NCBI GenBank assembly: GCA_965248435.1
Contig: OZ252100.1
Span: 3,968,001 to 4,032,000, forward strand
Direction: 5' to 3'
DNA: 64,000 nucleotides
Origin: Candidatus Latescibacterota bacterium
GTDB lineage: Bacteria > Latescibacterota > UBA2968 > GCA-2709665
This document shows, piece by piece, positions 10,148-20,329 of the stretch. The first letter of the stretch is position 1; each line of letters begins with the position of its first letter. Position numbers and translations under genes: made by a program. The notes below the pieces were generated by a model that worked only from the letters and a program-made list of their open reading frames with translations, did no database searches and had not been told where the DNA came from.

Positions 10148-11202
10148 GCTGGATTCAATGACTAAGTGCAACACTTGGACTTGAAGACTTCAGCTGGTGT
10201 TTTGAAGTTAAGACATTTTCTTGGTCGGTTGTTGATCCGGTTCTGAATTTTCTTTAACTCGTGTTTGCTGACCTTTGAGAAGTCTGTCTTCTTGGGGAGG
10301 TATCTGCGGACCAGACCGATAGCGTTTTCCACAGCGCCTCGCTCCCAGCTGTGGAACGGTTTGCAGAAATAGGATTTGGTGCCAAGCACCTCGTTGACCC
10401 GTTGATGTTGGCCGTTTTCGGATCCGTTGTCATATGTGATGCTCTTCCTCATGTGGGGAGGATGTCGCCCAAGGCGTCGATTAATCGCTTCGGCGACCTC
10501 CGAGGGTCCGTTCTTTGCCAGCTTAGCCAGGTGTAGGTATCTCGACGATCGCTCAAGACAAGCGCCAACGGCCTGTTTGCTCTCACGAGAGATGATGGTG
10601 TCGGATTCCCAGTGGCCAGGTTGTTTCCGTTTTTCGATGTAACGGGGACGTCGATCGATCGAAATACGGCCTGGAATGTGGCTTTCCCGGTGTTTTCGGG
10701 TATGCCACCGCGGCTTTCGTTTTTTGTGAGCTCGGGATAAGCAAGCAACCAGATCCCGCTGCTTGTGCACCTTTGGATCGTAGATATACTGGTAGATGGC
10801 TTCGTGGCTGATACCCGCGCTCGGACGCTCCTCGGGAAGCCTCCCAGCGATCAACTCGGGAGACCATCCTTGCTTGAGTTTGGTCTCGACATATCGCCGG
10901 ATAACCGGATTCTTCAGCCGTTTCCGCTTGCCGGCCTCCCGCTTACGTTTCTCAGCCCTTCTGTGAGCCTGGAGGCCCGAGTAACTCTCAGCTATCGGGG
11001 ACGGATTACGTTTCAACTCTCTTGAAATCGTGCTGGCGCTCCGGTCAAGGGCCTTGGCAATATCTCTAAGGCTTGCACCAGTGGCTCGACAAAGCGCAAT
11101 CTGCTCGCGTTCGTCTATCGTAAGATGCTTGTAATTGTTTCCCATACACTTAGGATAGGACAGTTGCTACCCTAAGTGTTGCACTTCCTTATTGAACTCG
11201 GG
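10148..11202 (-). mobile_element. IS30-family insertion sequence, copy 2 (intact, 1055 bp)
   Basis: Terminal IRs as in copy 1. 3-bp TSD ATA at 10145-10147 and 11203-11205. Confidence 0.93.
10162..11145 (-). CDS. IS30 family transposase
   Basis: N-terminal YKHLTIDER...IAKALDRSASTISRELKRN HTH, WSPELIAG, DDE motifs, NNRPRKCLNFKTP. Confidence 0.95.
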   Translation of the reverse strand: MGNNYKHLTIDEREQIALCRATGASLRDIAKALDRSASTISRELKRNPSPIAESYSGLQAHRRAEKRKREAGKRKRLKNPVIRRYVETKLKQGWSPELIAGRLPEERPSAGISHEAIYQYIYDPKVHKQRDLVACLSRAHKKRKPRWHTRKHRESHIPGRISIDRRPRYIEKRKQPGHWESDTIISRESKQAVGACLERSSRYLHLAKLAKNGPSEVAEAINRRLGRHPPHMRKSITYDNGSENGQHQRVNEVLGTKSYFCKPFHSWERGAVENAIGLVRRYLPKKTDFSKVSKHELKKIQNRINNRPRKCLNFKTPAEVFKSKCCT

Positions 11203-11244
11203 ATATCGAATGATCAAGGGCGATGAGAAAGGCAAGGACAGTTC

Positions 11245-12042
11245 ATGGAGAAAGAACTGCTGCACATGGAGGTCAACGGCTGGTGCATCCTCGAAGGTGT
11301 GATCCCACGAGATGACGTGGCCGCCGTGCGCCGGAGCGTCGAGGAAACCATCGCCCGGCACGGCCGGTCCGACGCGCCGGAGAACCTCGGCCACCTTCGC
11401 TCGATCATCAATTACGACCAGTCGTTTGCGCCCTACCTGGCCGACGAGCGCCTCCTCGGCATCGCGAGCGCCCTGCTCGGCCAGCACGTCCGGATCTCCT
11501 TCACAACCGCGATGGTCAACGGCCCCGGTGTAAAGCGGGGCGGCTGGCACGCCGACTGGCCCTTCAATCAGAAGAACGCGGGGCACATCCCCGCGCCCTA
11601 TCCCGACGCCGTGATGCACCTGACCACCCTCTGGATGCTTTCGGATTTCACCGGAGAAAACGGCGGCACTTTCATCCTGCCCGGCAGCCATCGCTCAGCA
11701 AACAACCCGACAGGAAACAACGGCGTCGACCCTGAGGCCTCCCTGCCGGGCGAGTTCCAGGTCACGGGGAATGCCGGTAGCATACTGGTCATGGACAGCC
11801 GGCTGTGGCACGCCATCGCCCCGAACACCTCAGACCGTCCACGCGTCGGTATGGCGATCCGGTATGCCCCCTGGTGGCTCAACCTGGACGTGCTATTACA
11901 CGGCTCGGACGAGCGGGCCCGGATGGTGGACGAACCGGGAGAGAAGGAAAACCTCAACTTTCCCGTGTCTCAGGAAGTCTTTGAAACTCTGCCCGACAAG
12001 GTGAAACCCCTATACCGACATTGTGTTGAAAGGAAGGATTGA
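11245..12042 (+). CDS. Phytanoyl-CoA dioxygenase (PhyH) family Fe(II)/2-oxoglutarate dioxygenase
   Basis: WHAD...ENGGTFILPGSH...AGSILVMDSRLWH...PNTSDRPR facial-triad pattern. Confidence 0.88.
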   Translation: MEKELLHMEVNGWCILEGVIPRDDVAAVRRSVEETIARHGRSDAPENLGHLRSIINYDQSFAPYLADERLLGIASALLGQHVRISFTTAMVNGPGVKRGGWHADWPFNQKNAGHIPAPYPDAVMHLTTLWMLSDFTGENGGTFILPGSHRSANNPTGNNGVDPEASLPGEFQVTGNAGSILVMDSRLWHAIAPNTSDRPRVGMAIRYAPWWLNLDVLLHGSDERARMVDEPGEKENLNFPVSQEVFETLPDKVKPLYRHCVERKD

Positions 12043-12043
12043 G

Positions 12044-13585
12044 ATGGATGGCGTCATCGACATCGGAAACCAGAAGCAGCTGTTCATCGACGACAAATGG
12101 TTCGCCTCCCAACGGGGCATGACCCTCACGGCCAACCCGCCCGTCAAAGCGGAACGGGTGCTTCGTTCGGAGAGACCGTGGGAGGTCCAGAGCATCTCCA
12201 CTGCCACCGTCCTTGAAGACGGCGGCGTCTACAAGATGTGGTACCGCTGCTCGGGCCCGGGCAGCAAGCAGACGGCCCCGCACGCCTGGACGATGATCTG
12301 CTACGCCGTGAGTGAGGACGGGCTCCACTGGGAACGGCAGAACGTCAACCTGTTCGAGTGGGAGGGGATCGCAGAGAACAACATCCTGATGCCGGGCGCG
12401 CACGGGGGCGTCACGATCGACCCGAACGGCCCGGACGAACACCGCTACAAGGCTTTGATCCGCGTCGTGGAAAACGACGTCTGGCCGGGCTCCAAGGGCG
12501 CGGTCTTCACCCTGCACGAGGGCAAGATGTGGTCCGAGCTCTACCTTGCCACGAGCCCGGACGGCATCCGCTGGCAGCGCCAGGAGCCCTCCGCGCTCCC
12601 GTTCTTTCACGACACGAACAACCAGCTCTTCTTCGACACGCGCCTGGGCAAATACGTCGCCTATGTCCGCACGCAGGCCAGGAAGCGGACGGTCGGCCGC
12701 GTCGAATTCGACGACCCGATGGACCTGCCCTGGCCGTATCGCGACAACCCCGACGCCCCGCGCGGTCCGGGACGCTCCCGCAGGGCGGCCGGCGGGGAGA
12801 TCCCGGTCGCCATCACTTGCGACGAGTCCGACCCGCCCGACACCGACCTCTACACCCCCTGCGTGCATCCATACCCATGGGCGGCGGACGCCTACTTCGC
12901 CTTCCCCTCGCCCTACCGGCACTACCCCGTCGGCGAGGTCTCCCTGAAACCGGGCAATCCGCCCGACCCGACGCTGAAGGGCCCCCTGGGAGACGAGCGG
13001 GGCGTCTACAGCAACTCCGGCCCGGTCGAGGTGCAGATGGCGGTCAGCCGGGATGGGATCGTGTTCTCCCGCCCCGACCGCCGCCCCTACGTTCCTCTCG
13101 GCCTGGTCGGGTCCTGGGACGGCGGCCAGACCTTCATGGGGCTCGGTATGATCCGAAAGGGAGATGAAATCTGGCAGTATTACCACGGCACAAAACGCCT
13201 CCACGGGGTGAAGGACAACCGCTCCGCGGACGGTGATGGTAGCATCTTCCGCCTCGTCCAGCGCCTGGACGGGTTCGTCTCCGCCGATGCCGACTACACG
13301 GGCGCGGAGTTCACCACGCCTCTGTTGGAGTTCTCCGGTTCCCACCTGCAACTGAACGCCGACTGCTCGGCGATGGGCGAGATCTGGGTCGAGATCCGGG
13401 ACGATCGGAATGTCCCGGTACCGGGCTACACGATGGAGGACACGATCAGCGTGGAACGCAACCAGACGGCTGCGCCCGTCGTCTGGCGGGAACGGGAGGA
13501 CGTCGCCGAACTGGTCGGCCGTCCCGTGCGCTTGCATTTCAAGCTGCGCGCGTGTAAGCTCTACGCGTTTCAATTTGCGGGGTAG
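12044..13585 (+). CDS. Beta-propeller glycoside hydrolase-like protein, second family, copy 1
   Basis: IGNQKQLFIDD N-terminus, YAVSEDGLHW, TSPDGIRW, VSRDGIVF, RLDGFVS and GRPVRLHF..KLYAFQF C-terminus; AAGGA RBS. Confidence 0.72.
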   Translation: MDGVIDIGNQKQLFIDDKWFASQRGMTLTANPPVKAERVLRSERPWEVQSISTATVLEDGGVYKMWYRCSGPGSKQTAPHAWTMICYAVSEDGLHWERQNVNLFEWEGIAENNILMPGAHGGVTIDPNGPDEHRYKALIRVVENDVWPGSKGAVFTLHEGKMWSELYLATSPDGIRWQRQEPSALPFFHDTNNQLFFDTRLGKYVAYVRTQARKRTVGRVEFDDPMDLPWPYRDNPDAPRGPGRSRRAAGGEIPVAITCDESDPPDTDLYTPCVHPYPWAADAYFAFPSPYRHYPVGEVSLKPGNPPDPTLKGPLGDERGVYSNSGPVEVQMAVSRDGIVFSRPDRRPYVPLGLVGSWDGGQTFMGLGMIRKGDEIWQYYHGTKRLHGVKDNRSADGDGSIFRLVQRLDGFVSADADYTGAEFTTPLLEFSGSHLQLNADCSAMGEIWVEIRDDRNVPVPGYTMEDTISVERNQTAAPVVWREREDVAELVGRPVRLHFKLRACKLYAFQFAG

Positions 13586-13655
13586 AGACGAGCGCGCGTC
13601 CCAACATCCTGTTTATGATCGCGCACGATCATCTGCGTGGAAAGGAGGGATTGAG

Positions 13656-15206
13656 ATGGGTAGCGTTATCGACATCGGAAACCAGAAGCAGCTCTTCATC
13701 GACAACAAATGGTTCTCCTCCCAGCGGGGCATGACGCTCACGGCCAACCCGCCCGTGAAGGCCGAACGCGTCTTCGTTCCGGAGAAGCCGTGGGAGTCCT
13801 CGAGAATCTCTCTCTCACCCACGATTCTCGAGGACGGTGGCATTTACAAGATGTGGTACCGCTGCTCGGGCCCGGGCAGCAAGGAGACGTCCCCGCACGG
13901 CTGGTCGATGATCTGCTACGCCGTGAGTGATGACGGGATCCACTGGGAGCGGCAGAACGTCAACCTGTTCGAGTGGGAGGGGATCGCAGAGAACAACATC
14001 CTGATGCCAGGCGCGCACGGGGGCGTCACGATCGACCCGAACGGCCCGGACGAACACAGATACAAGGCTTTGATCCGCGTCGTGGAAAACGACGTCTGGC
14101 CGGGCTCCAAGGGCGCGGTCTTCACCCGGCGCGAGGGGTGGGGGTGGTCGGAGCTCTATCTTGCCACGAGCCCGGACGGCATTCACTGGACGCGCCAGGA
14201 GCCCTCCGCGCTCCCGTTCTTTCACGACACGCACAACCACTTCTTCTTCGACGCCCGCCTGGACAAATACGTCGCCTATGTCCGCACGCACGCCAGGAAG
14301 CGGACCGTTGGCCGCGTCGAATTCGACGACCCGATGGACCTGCCCTGGCCCTATCACGACAACCCCGACGCCCCGCGCGGTCCCGGCCGCACCCGCAGGG
14401 AGGCCGGCGGCGAAATCCCGATCGCGCTTACCTGCGACGAGTCCGACCCGCCCGACACCGACCTCTACACCCCCTTCGTGCATCTATACCCCTGGGCGGC
14501 GGACGCCTATTTCGCATTTCCCTCCCCCTACCGGCACTACCCCGTCGGCGAGGTCTCCCTGAAGCCGGGCGATCCGCCAGACCCGACGCTGAAGGGCCCT
14601 TTGGGCGATGAGCGGGGCGTCTACAGCAACTCCGGCCCGGTGGAGGTGCACATGGCAGTCAGCCGGGACGGGATCGTGTTCTCCCGCCCCGACCGCCGAC
14701 CCTATGTTCCCCTCGGTTTGGTTGGCTCTTGGGATGCTGGCCAGACTTATATGGGACTCGGCATGATCCGGAAAGGGGACGAAATCTGGCAGTATTATCT
14801 TGCCATGGATCACGTTCACGGCCTGTTCGACAGGAACTCTGCGGACAGGGCTGGAGGCATCTGCCGCCTCGTCCAGCGCCTGGACGGGTTCATTTCCGCC
14901 GACGCGGACTACACCGGCGCGGAGTTCACCACTCCGCTCTTGGAGTTCTCCGGTTCCCACCTGCAACTGAACGCCGACTGCTCGGCGATGGGGGAGATCT
15001 GGGTGGAGATCCGGGACGATCGAAACGTCCCGGTGCCAGGCTACACGATGGAAGACTCAGTCAGCGTTGAGCGCAACCAGACGGCCGCACCCGTCGTCTG
15101 GCGGGAGCGGGAGGACGTAGCAGAACTGGTCGGCCGTCCCGTACGCCTGCATTTTAAGCTCCGGGCCTCCAAACTCTACGCGTTTCACTTTGCGGAGAAG
15201 AGATGA
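13656..15206 (+). CDS. Beta-propeller glycoside hydrolase-like protein, second family, copy 2
   Basis: Tandem near-identical paralog of 12044-13585; AGGAGG RBS before the ATG at 13656. Confidence 0.72.
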   Translation: MGSVIDIGNQKQLFIDNKWFSSQRGMTLTANPPVKAERVFVPEKPWESSRISLSPTILEDGGIYKMWYRCSGPGSKETSPHGWSMICYAVSDDGIHWERQNVNLFEWEGIAENNILMPGAHGGVTIDPNGPDEHRYKALIRVVENDVWPGSKGAVFTRREGWGWSELYLATSPDGIHWTRQEPSALPFFHDTHNHFFFDARLDKYVAYVRTHARKRTVGRVEFDDPMDLPWPYHDNPDAPRGPGRTRREAGGEIPIALTCDESDPPDTDLYTPFVHLYPWAADAYFAFPSPYRHYPVGEVSLKPGDPPDPTLKGPLGDERGVYSNSGPVEVHMAVSRDGIVFSRPDRRPYVPLGLVGSWDAGQTYMGLGMIRKGDEIWQYYLAMDHVHGLFDRNSADRAGGICRLVQRLDGFISADADYTGAEFTTPLLEFSGSHLQLNADCSAMGEIWVEIRDDRNVPVPGYTMEDSVSVERNQTAAPVVWREREDVAELVGRPVRLHFKLRASKLYAFHFAEKR

Positions 15207-16564
15207 GTGCCCGTCCCAACATCCTGTTTGTCATTGCAGACGATCACCGTTTCAACGCGATCCGCGCCTTTGGGGATCCGACGGTCCAGACTCCGGTTCT
15301 GGACCGCCTTGCCGGAGACGGCGTGGCCTTCCGGAAGGCGCACATGATGGGCGGGCCTCTGGGGGCCGTGTGCGTCCCCAGCCGAGCCTGCCTGCACACG
15401 GGTGCGAACGTCTTCCGGGCCTCCTGCAGCCGCGAGGTCGATGACGACCAGAACGTCAAGATCCTCAATCCAGACCTGGCGCTCCTGCCTGAGGTCTTTC
15501 GTCAGGCTGGCTATCACACCTTTGCCACCGGCAAGTGGCACAACGACAAACAGAGCTTTGCGAGAGGGTTTTGCAGCGGGGGGCGCGTCTTCTTCGGCGG
15601 TATGAGCGACCACCTGAAAGTGCCCGTCCACGACTTCGACACAGAGGGCATCTACCCTGACGAAAGCATATACACAGGTGAAAAATTCTCGACCGAACTG
15701 TTCACCGACGCTGCGATTGAATTTCTCCAGGGGTACGATAAGAGCGATCCGTTCTTCTTATATCTGGCTTTTACCTCACCGCACGACCCGCGGATGGCCC
15801 CTGACGAATACGCCAAGCTCTACGACCCGGAGGCCATCCCCCTCCCCGAAAACTTCCTGCCCGAACACCCGTTCGACAACGGCGAGCTGAAGATCCGCGA
15901 CGAGGAACTCGCCCCCTTCCCCCGCAGCCCTGACGTGATCCGTCGGCACATCGCGGACTACTACGCGATGATCACCCATCACGACGCCCACATCGGCCAT
16001 CTGCTGGATACCCTGGAGGCGTCCGGTCGCGCCGACGACACGCTGATCGTTTATACCGCCGACCACGGCCTTGCGGTGGGCCAGCACGGCCTGATGGGGA
16101 AACAGAACATGTACGACCACAGCGTCCGCATCCCCCAGATCCTCCACGGTCCGGGCGTCCCTCAGGGCAAAGAGATCCACGCGCTCACCTACCTTTACGA
16201 CCTCTATCCCACCCTTTGCGAGCTGTCCGGGATCCCGATCCCGGACAGCGTCGAAGGCCACAGCCTGGTCCCCGTGCTGACCGGCGAGCGGGAACGCATC
16301 CGTGACAGTGTATGCTCCGTCTACAAGGACCTTCAGCGCATGGTCAGCGACGGCCGCTGGAAGCTGATTCGATACTACAGGTCCGGCGATGCGGGGACTG
16401 ACCGCATCCAGCTCTTCGACCTGGAATCGGACCCCTGGGAGACCCGGGACCTCTCGGAGGCGCCAAAACAGCAGGAACGCATCCGGGGACTTGCGGACAA
16501 GCTCGCCGCCTGGCAGGCAGAGGTCGACGACCCCCTGGCTGGACTCCAGATCATTCCCGATTGA
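15203..16564 (+). CDS. Sulfatase (Cys-type, choline-sulfatase-like)
   Basis: RPNILFVIADD, CVPSRACLHTG, GKWH, ADHG. Overlaps the upstream stop (ATGA). Confidence 0.9.
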   Translation: MSARPNILFVIADDHRFNAIRAFGDPTVQTPVLDRLAGDGVAFRKAHMMGGPLGAVCVPSRACLHTGANVFRASCSREVDDDQNVKILNPDLALLPEVFRQAGYHTFATGKWHNDKQSFARGFCSGGRVFFGGMSDHLKVPVHDFDTEGIYPDESIYTGEKFSTELFTDAAIEFLQGYDKSDPFFLYLAFTSPHDPRMAPDEYAKLYDPEAIPLPENFLPEHPFDNGELKIRDEELAPFPRSPDVIRRHIADYYAMITHHDAHIGHLLDTLEASGRADDTLIVYTADHGLAVGQHGLMGKQNMYDHSVRIPQILHGPGVPQGKEIHALTYLYDLYPTLCELSGIPIPDSVEGHSLVPVLTGERERIRDSVCSVYKDLQRMVSDGRWKLIRYYRSGDAGTDRIQLFDLESDPWETRDLSEAPKQQERIRGLADKLAAWQAEVDDPLAGLQIIPD

Positions 16565-16637
16565 TCACGGCATTTCTGCTCTCTTCTCCAAAAAAGCCGT
16601 CTGACACGAGGACGGAATTGCGTATTTTGACCCCTAT

Positions 16638-18083
16638 ATGAATACAGACAGACCTAACATCATCCTCATCATGTGCGACGATCTCGGGTATGGAGATACC
16701 GGGTTCAACGGCAGCGAGGTGATCCGAACGCCTTGTCTGGACTCGATGCGGGTGGAGGGGGCCCGCTTTACCCGGTTTTACGCCGGGGGTCCGGTCTGCT
16801 CCCCCACACGCGGCACGTGCCTGACCGGACGCCATTATTCGAGGTACGGGGTGACACACGCAAACGCGGGCCGTCTGCCGACACAGGAGATCGGCCTGGC
16901 TCGCGTGTGCAAGGACCGGGGCTATGAAACGGGACATTTCGGAAAGTGGCATTTAGGCACCCTGACCACTCGCGAACGGGACAGCAACAGAGGGAGTCCT
17001 CAGAATCGGAACGAATTTTCGCCCCCGTGGATTCACGGATTCGACCGATGCTTCTCGTCTGAGGCCAAGGTGCCGACGTGGGATCCCATGATCACGCCAG
17101 ATGAGAGGGGACCCAGCGGTTACGTGTGGGGTAGCCCCGGCTCGCCCTTCGGGACGGCCTACTGGAACGAGGAAGGTGAAAAGGTGTCCGACAATCTCGA
17201 AGGAGACGATTCACGCGTTATCGTGGATCGAGCGGATCCGTTCATCCGGGACTGCGTCCGCAAGGGCGTGCCGTTCCTGGCGGTGGTGTGGTTCCACACG
17301 CCCCACGCCCCCGTGGTCGCCGGGCCACAGTATCGCGAGATCTACTCTCAGTTTTCCGAGGACGAGCAGCACTACTACGGTTGTGTTACCGCAATGGATG
17401 AGCAGGTTGGCCGCGTGAACGGCCTTGTGAAGGAACTGGGCGTGGAAGGTAACACCGCGATCTTGTTCTGTTCCGACAACGGCCCGGAAGGTTCCGAGGA
17501 CCTCGCCAGGAACGGCAGGGACCGCGGTTCTACGCGGGGGCTGCGGGGGCGAAAGCGGAGCCTGTTCAACGGCGGCGTGGGCGTTCCGGCGCTTGTGAAA
17601 TGGCCCAAGTACGTGAACCCGGGCGCGGAATACAAGACGGCGTGCAGCACCCTGGACTATTTCCCCACGATTGCCGAGGAACTGGGCTACAGCATGCCTG
17701 ACGACCGGCCGCTCGACGGGGTGAGTCTGCTGCCGCTGCTTCGGAACGAAATGGAAGAGAGACCCTCCGCAATCCCGTACCGGTTTCTCGAGGGAAAGAA
17801 TGCGATGTTCGGTTCCCCCACGCTGGCGCTGATGGGCAATCGCTACAAGTATCTGACGAACCTGTCTGAAGACGGGGCCGAGGACATGATGTTCGACATC
17901 CTCGAAGATCCATTCGAGACGACCAACCTGATCCACGAGCAAAAGGAAACCGCCGAACAGATGAGGGCGCAGCTCGAAGCGTTTATGGCCTCGTGCAGGC
18001 AGAGCCACTTCGGCGCGGATTATTCAGAACCCTACGAGCCCGTGAACGATTTCCAGGAAACCACGGGGACGTGGCTGAGGTAG
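16638..18083 (+). CDS. Sulfatase (Cys-type, arylsulfatase/GalNAc-6-sulfatase-like)
   Basis: RPNIILIMCDDLGYGD, CSPTRGTCLTG, GKWHLG, SDNG. Confidence 0.9.
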   Translation: MNTDRPNIILIMCDDLGYGDTGFNGSEVIRTPCLDSMRVEGARFTRFYAGGPVCSPTRGTCLTGRHYSRYGVTHANAGRLPTQEIGLARVCKDRGYETGHFGKWHLGTLTTRERDSNRGSPQNRNEFSPPWIHGFDRCFSSEAKVPTWDPMITPDERGPSGYVWGSPGSPFGTAYWNEEGEKVSDNLEGDDSRVIVDRADPFIRDCVRKGVPFLAVVWFHTPHAPVVAGPQYREIYSQFSEDEQHYYGCVTAMDEQVGRVNGLVKELGVEGNTAILFCSDNGPEGSEDLARNGRDRGSTRGLRGRKRSLFNGGVGVPALVKWPKYVNPGAEYKTACSTLDYFPTIAEELGYSMPDDRPLDGVSLLPLLRNEMEERPSAIPYRFLEGKNAMFGSPTLALMGNRYKYLTNLSEDGAEDMMFDILEDPFETTNLIHEQKETAEQMRAQLEAFMASCRQSHFGADYSEPYEPVNDFQETTGTWLR

Positions 18084-18211
18084 ACCGGGAAGGCAGAAGA
18101 CGGGTACCGGGAAATCGTAGATCGTCGATCGCAGAATCAAAGCACGGTGCTCTCGTCCTGAAAAAGTGGATGAATTGCGGATTTCGGATTGCGAAACTCG
18201 GAGAAAGTAGC

Positions 18212-19336
18212 ATGAACAAAGATTCTGACCCCGACCCGCCTGAACTTATCCAGTACTCGGGCCATATGGGCCACGTCGCTCGGCTCCCGGACGGCCTTCT
18301 TCTCTCCCACTACACGCTCGGCCGGCCGAAAGATGAGACCGCGCTCCCGGGTCCGGCACAGCCCGCCTACATCCGACACTCCTCTGACGGCGGCCTGATC
18401 TGGTCGGAGCCGGAGATCGCTTATGCGTATCCTCCCGGCAGGGGACGGCTCCCGTCTATCACGCAATCGCAGGGCACCTATCTCCTGGTAGACAGGGATG
18501 GCAACATCCACGCGTTCGCCTTGCGGTATCATTACCACCACACCCCGAAACACGGAGATCCGACCGCCCCGGCGCTCACTGAACTGCTGCACAACGTCTC
18601 CCGGGACGGAGGAAAGTCCTGGACGGAGCCAGGGCGGGTGGACTACGGACACTGGTACACGGGGGAGATCATGTCCGTCATCCAGCTGGAGAGCGGACGG
18701 ATCCTCATCCCCCTGGGCTACAACACGGACAACTACATTCGCGAGCGCGGCGAATACGAGCGACGGATCGTCACGGTGTATTCCGAAGACGGCGGCGAAA
18801 CCTGGGAGATCGGATCGGACAACATTGCGACGCCCATCGGCCTGCTGATGGGGCATACAGGGGCCATGGAGCCCGTGGTCGTCGAATTGGGGGACGGACG
18901 CGTATGGATGATCATCCGCACCCAGACGCCCTGCTTCTACGAGTCGTTTTCCGAAGACGGCGGCAAGACCTGGGCCCATCCTGCGCCCACGCAGTTCCAG
19001 GCGCCCAACGCTCCCGCGGCTGTCCTGCGCCTGACCGACGGGCGACTGGTCCTGTGCTGGAACGATGTCTCAGAATACCCCGGGGAAGTCATCCGGTCGG
19101 GCCGTCAATACCTCCACATCGCCGTGTCGAGTGACGATGGCAAATCGTGGAGCCGATCCAAGTTGATCGCCCAGAGAGAAGAGGGAGAACACGAGAACAT
19201 AAACGTGCGATACCCTTTTCTCTGCGAAACGGCGGACGGGTCGCTGCTCGTGAGGTATCACCGAACTGGAGGGGGTGGGGGGATCAACCGTCGTGAGCTG
19301 GTACGCATCGACCCGGACTGGATTGCCGAACGATGA
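18212..19336 (+). CDS. Sialidase-like BNR/Asp-box repeat protein
   Basis: Five Asp-boxes (SSDGGLIW, SRDGGKSW, SEDGGETW, SEDGGKTW, SSDDGKSW), EPVVVEL and RYP. Start placed at ATG 18212. Confidence 0.8.
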   Translation: MNKDSDPDPPELIQYSGHMGHVARLPDGLLLSHYTLGRPKDETALPGPAQPAYIRHSSDGGLIWSEPEIAYAYPPGRGRLPSITQSQGTYLLVDRDGNIHAFALRYHYHHTPKHGDPTAPALTELLHNVSRDGGKSWTEPGRVDYGHWYTGEIMSVIQLESGRILIPLGYNTDNYIRERGEYERRIVTVYSEDGGETWEIGSDNIATPIGLLMGHTGAMEPVVVELGDGRVWMIIRTQTPCFYESFSEDGGKTWAHPAPTQFQAPNAPAAVLRLTDGRLVLCWNDVSEYPGEVIRSGRQYLHIAVSSDDGKSWSRSKLIAQREEGEHENINVRYPFLCETADGSLLVRYHRTGGGGGINRRELVRIDPDWIAER

Positions 19337-19533
19337 CGACCGACAGGGTCTGGAAACATTACACTCCGGAAACTCGTTGCGATCGACTTCAGTCGAGTTG
19401 AAAGCCCACGCTCGAGAGATCATCATATCTAAATCCTGCGCTCCGAGAACGGCCGGGATTGGACCAACCCTGGTACGCAGTTCCATCCTCCCGGCCTCCC
19501 CTGATCCTCTCCTAACACCTAAGGAGACGAAGC

Positions 19534-20256
19534 GTGAAGGTTCTGGTGATCACCGACATTCACAGCAATATTCGCGCGCTTGAAGCCATCTGGGACCGTG
19601 AAAAAGACAGCGATATCGTGTATTGCACCGGAGATCTGGTGGACTACGGGCCGCGCCCAAAAGAGGTGATCGATTGGGTCAGGGAATGCGAGGCAATTTG
19701 CGTAAAGGGCAACCACGACACGGAGGTGGTATCGTGCTACAGGGATTGTGACCTCGGACGCCTGCCGGTAGAAGAAACCAGGTGGCAGCATCACAATGCA
19801 ATACGCTTGAGCGAGGAAGACATTATATTCCTTGAGCAGTTGCCTGCGGGCGTGGATTTCCGAGCAGACGGCATAAAGTACGGCATGACGCATCTATACA
19901 GAGAGCTCGAAGTGATCACGAGCCCACACGCGTTCGATCTCTTTGTCAAAGAGATGTTTTCTGGCGATCAGGACGGGTTCCCTGCGCGCTTGATTTTAGG
20001 GCACACCCATCGGGCCGGCGTCACCTATCTTGACGACACCAAACTCTGGATGAACGCAGGCAGCGTCTCTTACCGCGGGCAGCGCGACATACCCACTGAC
20101 CCATCGCAGGATGCGCAGTATATCACGATTGTAGACGGGGAGATTCAGATCAAGCGTGTTGCCTATGATGTAGCAAGCGTATACGGCGAAATGAAGAAGC
20201 AAAGCGTCATGGATACCGAGATGGAGACGGCCATCAGACTGTTTGGTCCGCGGTGA
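19534..20256 (+). CDS. Calcineurin-like metallophosphoesterase
   Basis: DIHSN, GDLVDYG, GNHD, GHTH and NAGSV motifs; AAGGAG RBS, GTG start. Confidence 0.88.
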   Translation: MKVLVITDIHSNIRALEAIWDREKDSDIVYCTGDLVDYGPRPKEVIDWVRECEAICVKGNHDTEVVSCYRDCDLGRLPVEETRWQHHNAIRLSEEDIIFLEQLPAGVDFRADGIKYGMTHLYRELEVITSPHAFDLFVKEMFSGDQDGFPARLILGHTHRAGVTYLDDTKLWMNAGSVSYRGQRDIPTDPSQDAQYITIVDGEIQIKRVAYDVASVYGEMKKQSVMDTEMETAIRLFGPR

Positions 20257-20329
20257 GCTCGACAGATTAGGGAATCCTTGTCCGTAAGAACGGGATCTGA
20301 TCACGTTTCCCACGCCAAAGGGAGGATGC

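Noticed and set aside
2822-11202. Composite transposon bounded by the two IS30 copies
   Set aside because: Each copy has its own matching TSD (TAT/TAT and ATA/ATA), so the insertions were independent.
11954-13573. Long antisense ORFs (also 125-1282, 33656-34864, 58410-59426, 60352-61278)
   Set aside because: Shadow frames of well-supported genes in GC-rich DNA with no recognisable motifs.
13410-13655. N-terminal extensions in the ORF track (also from 1252, 17993, 23739, 26955, 29067, 31647, 50661, 59734)
   Set aside because: They run through upstream genes or repeat DNA; paralog alignment or RBS position supports the later starts.
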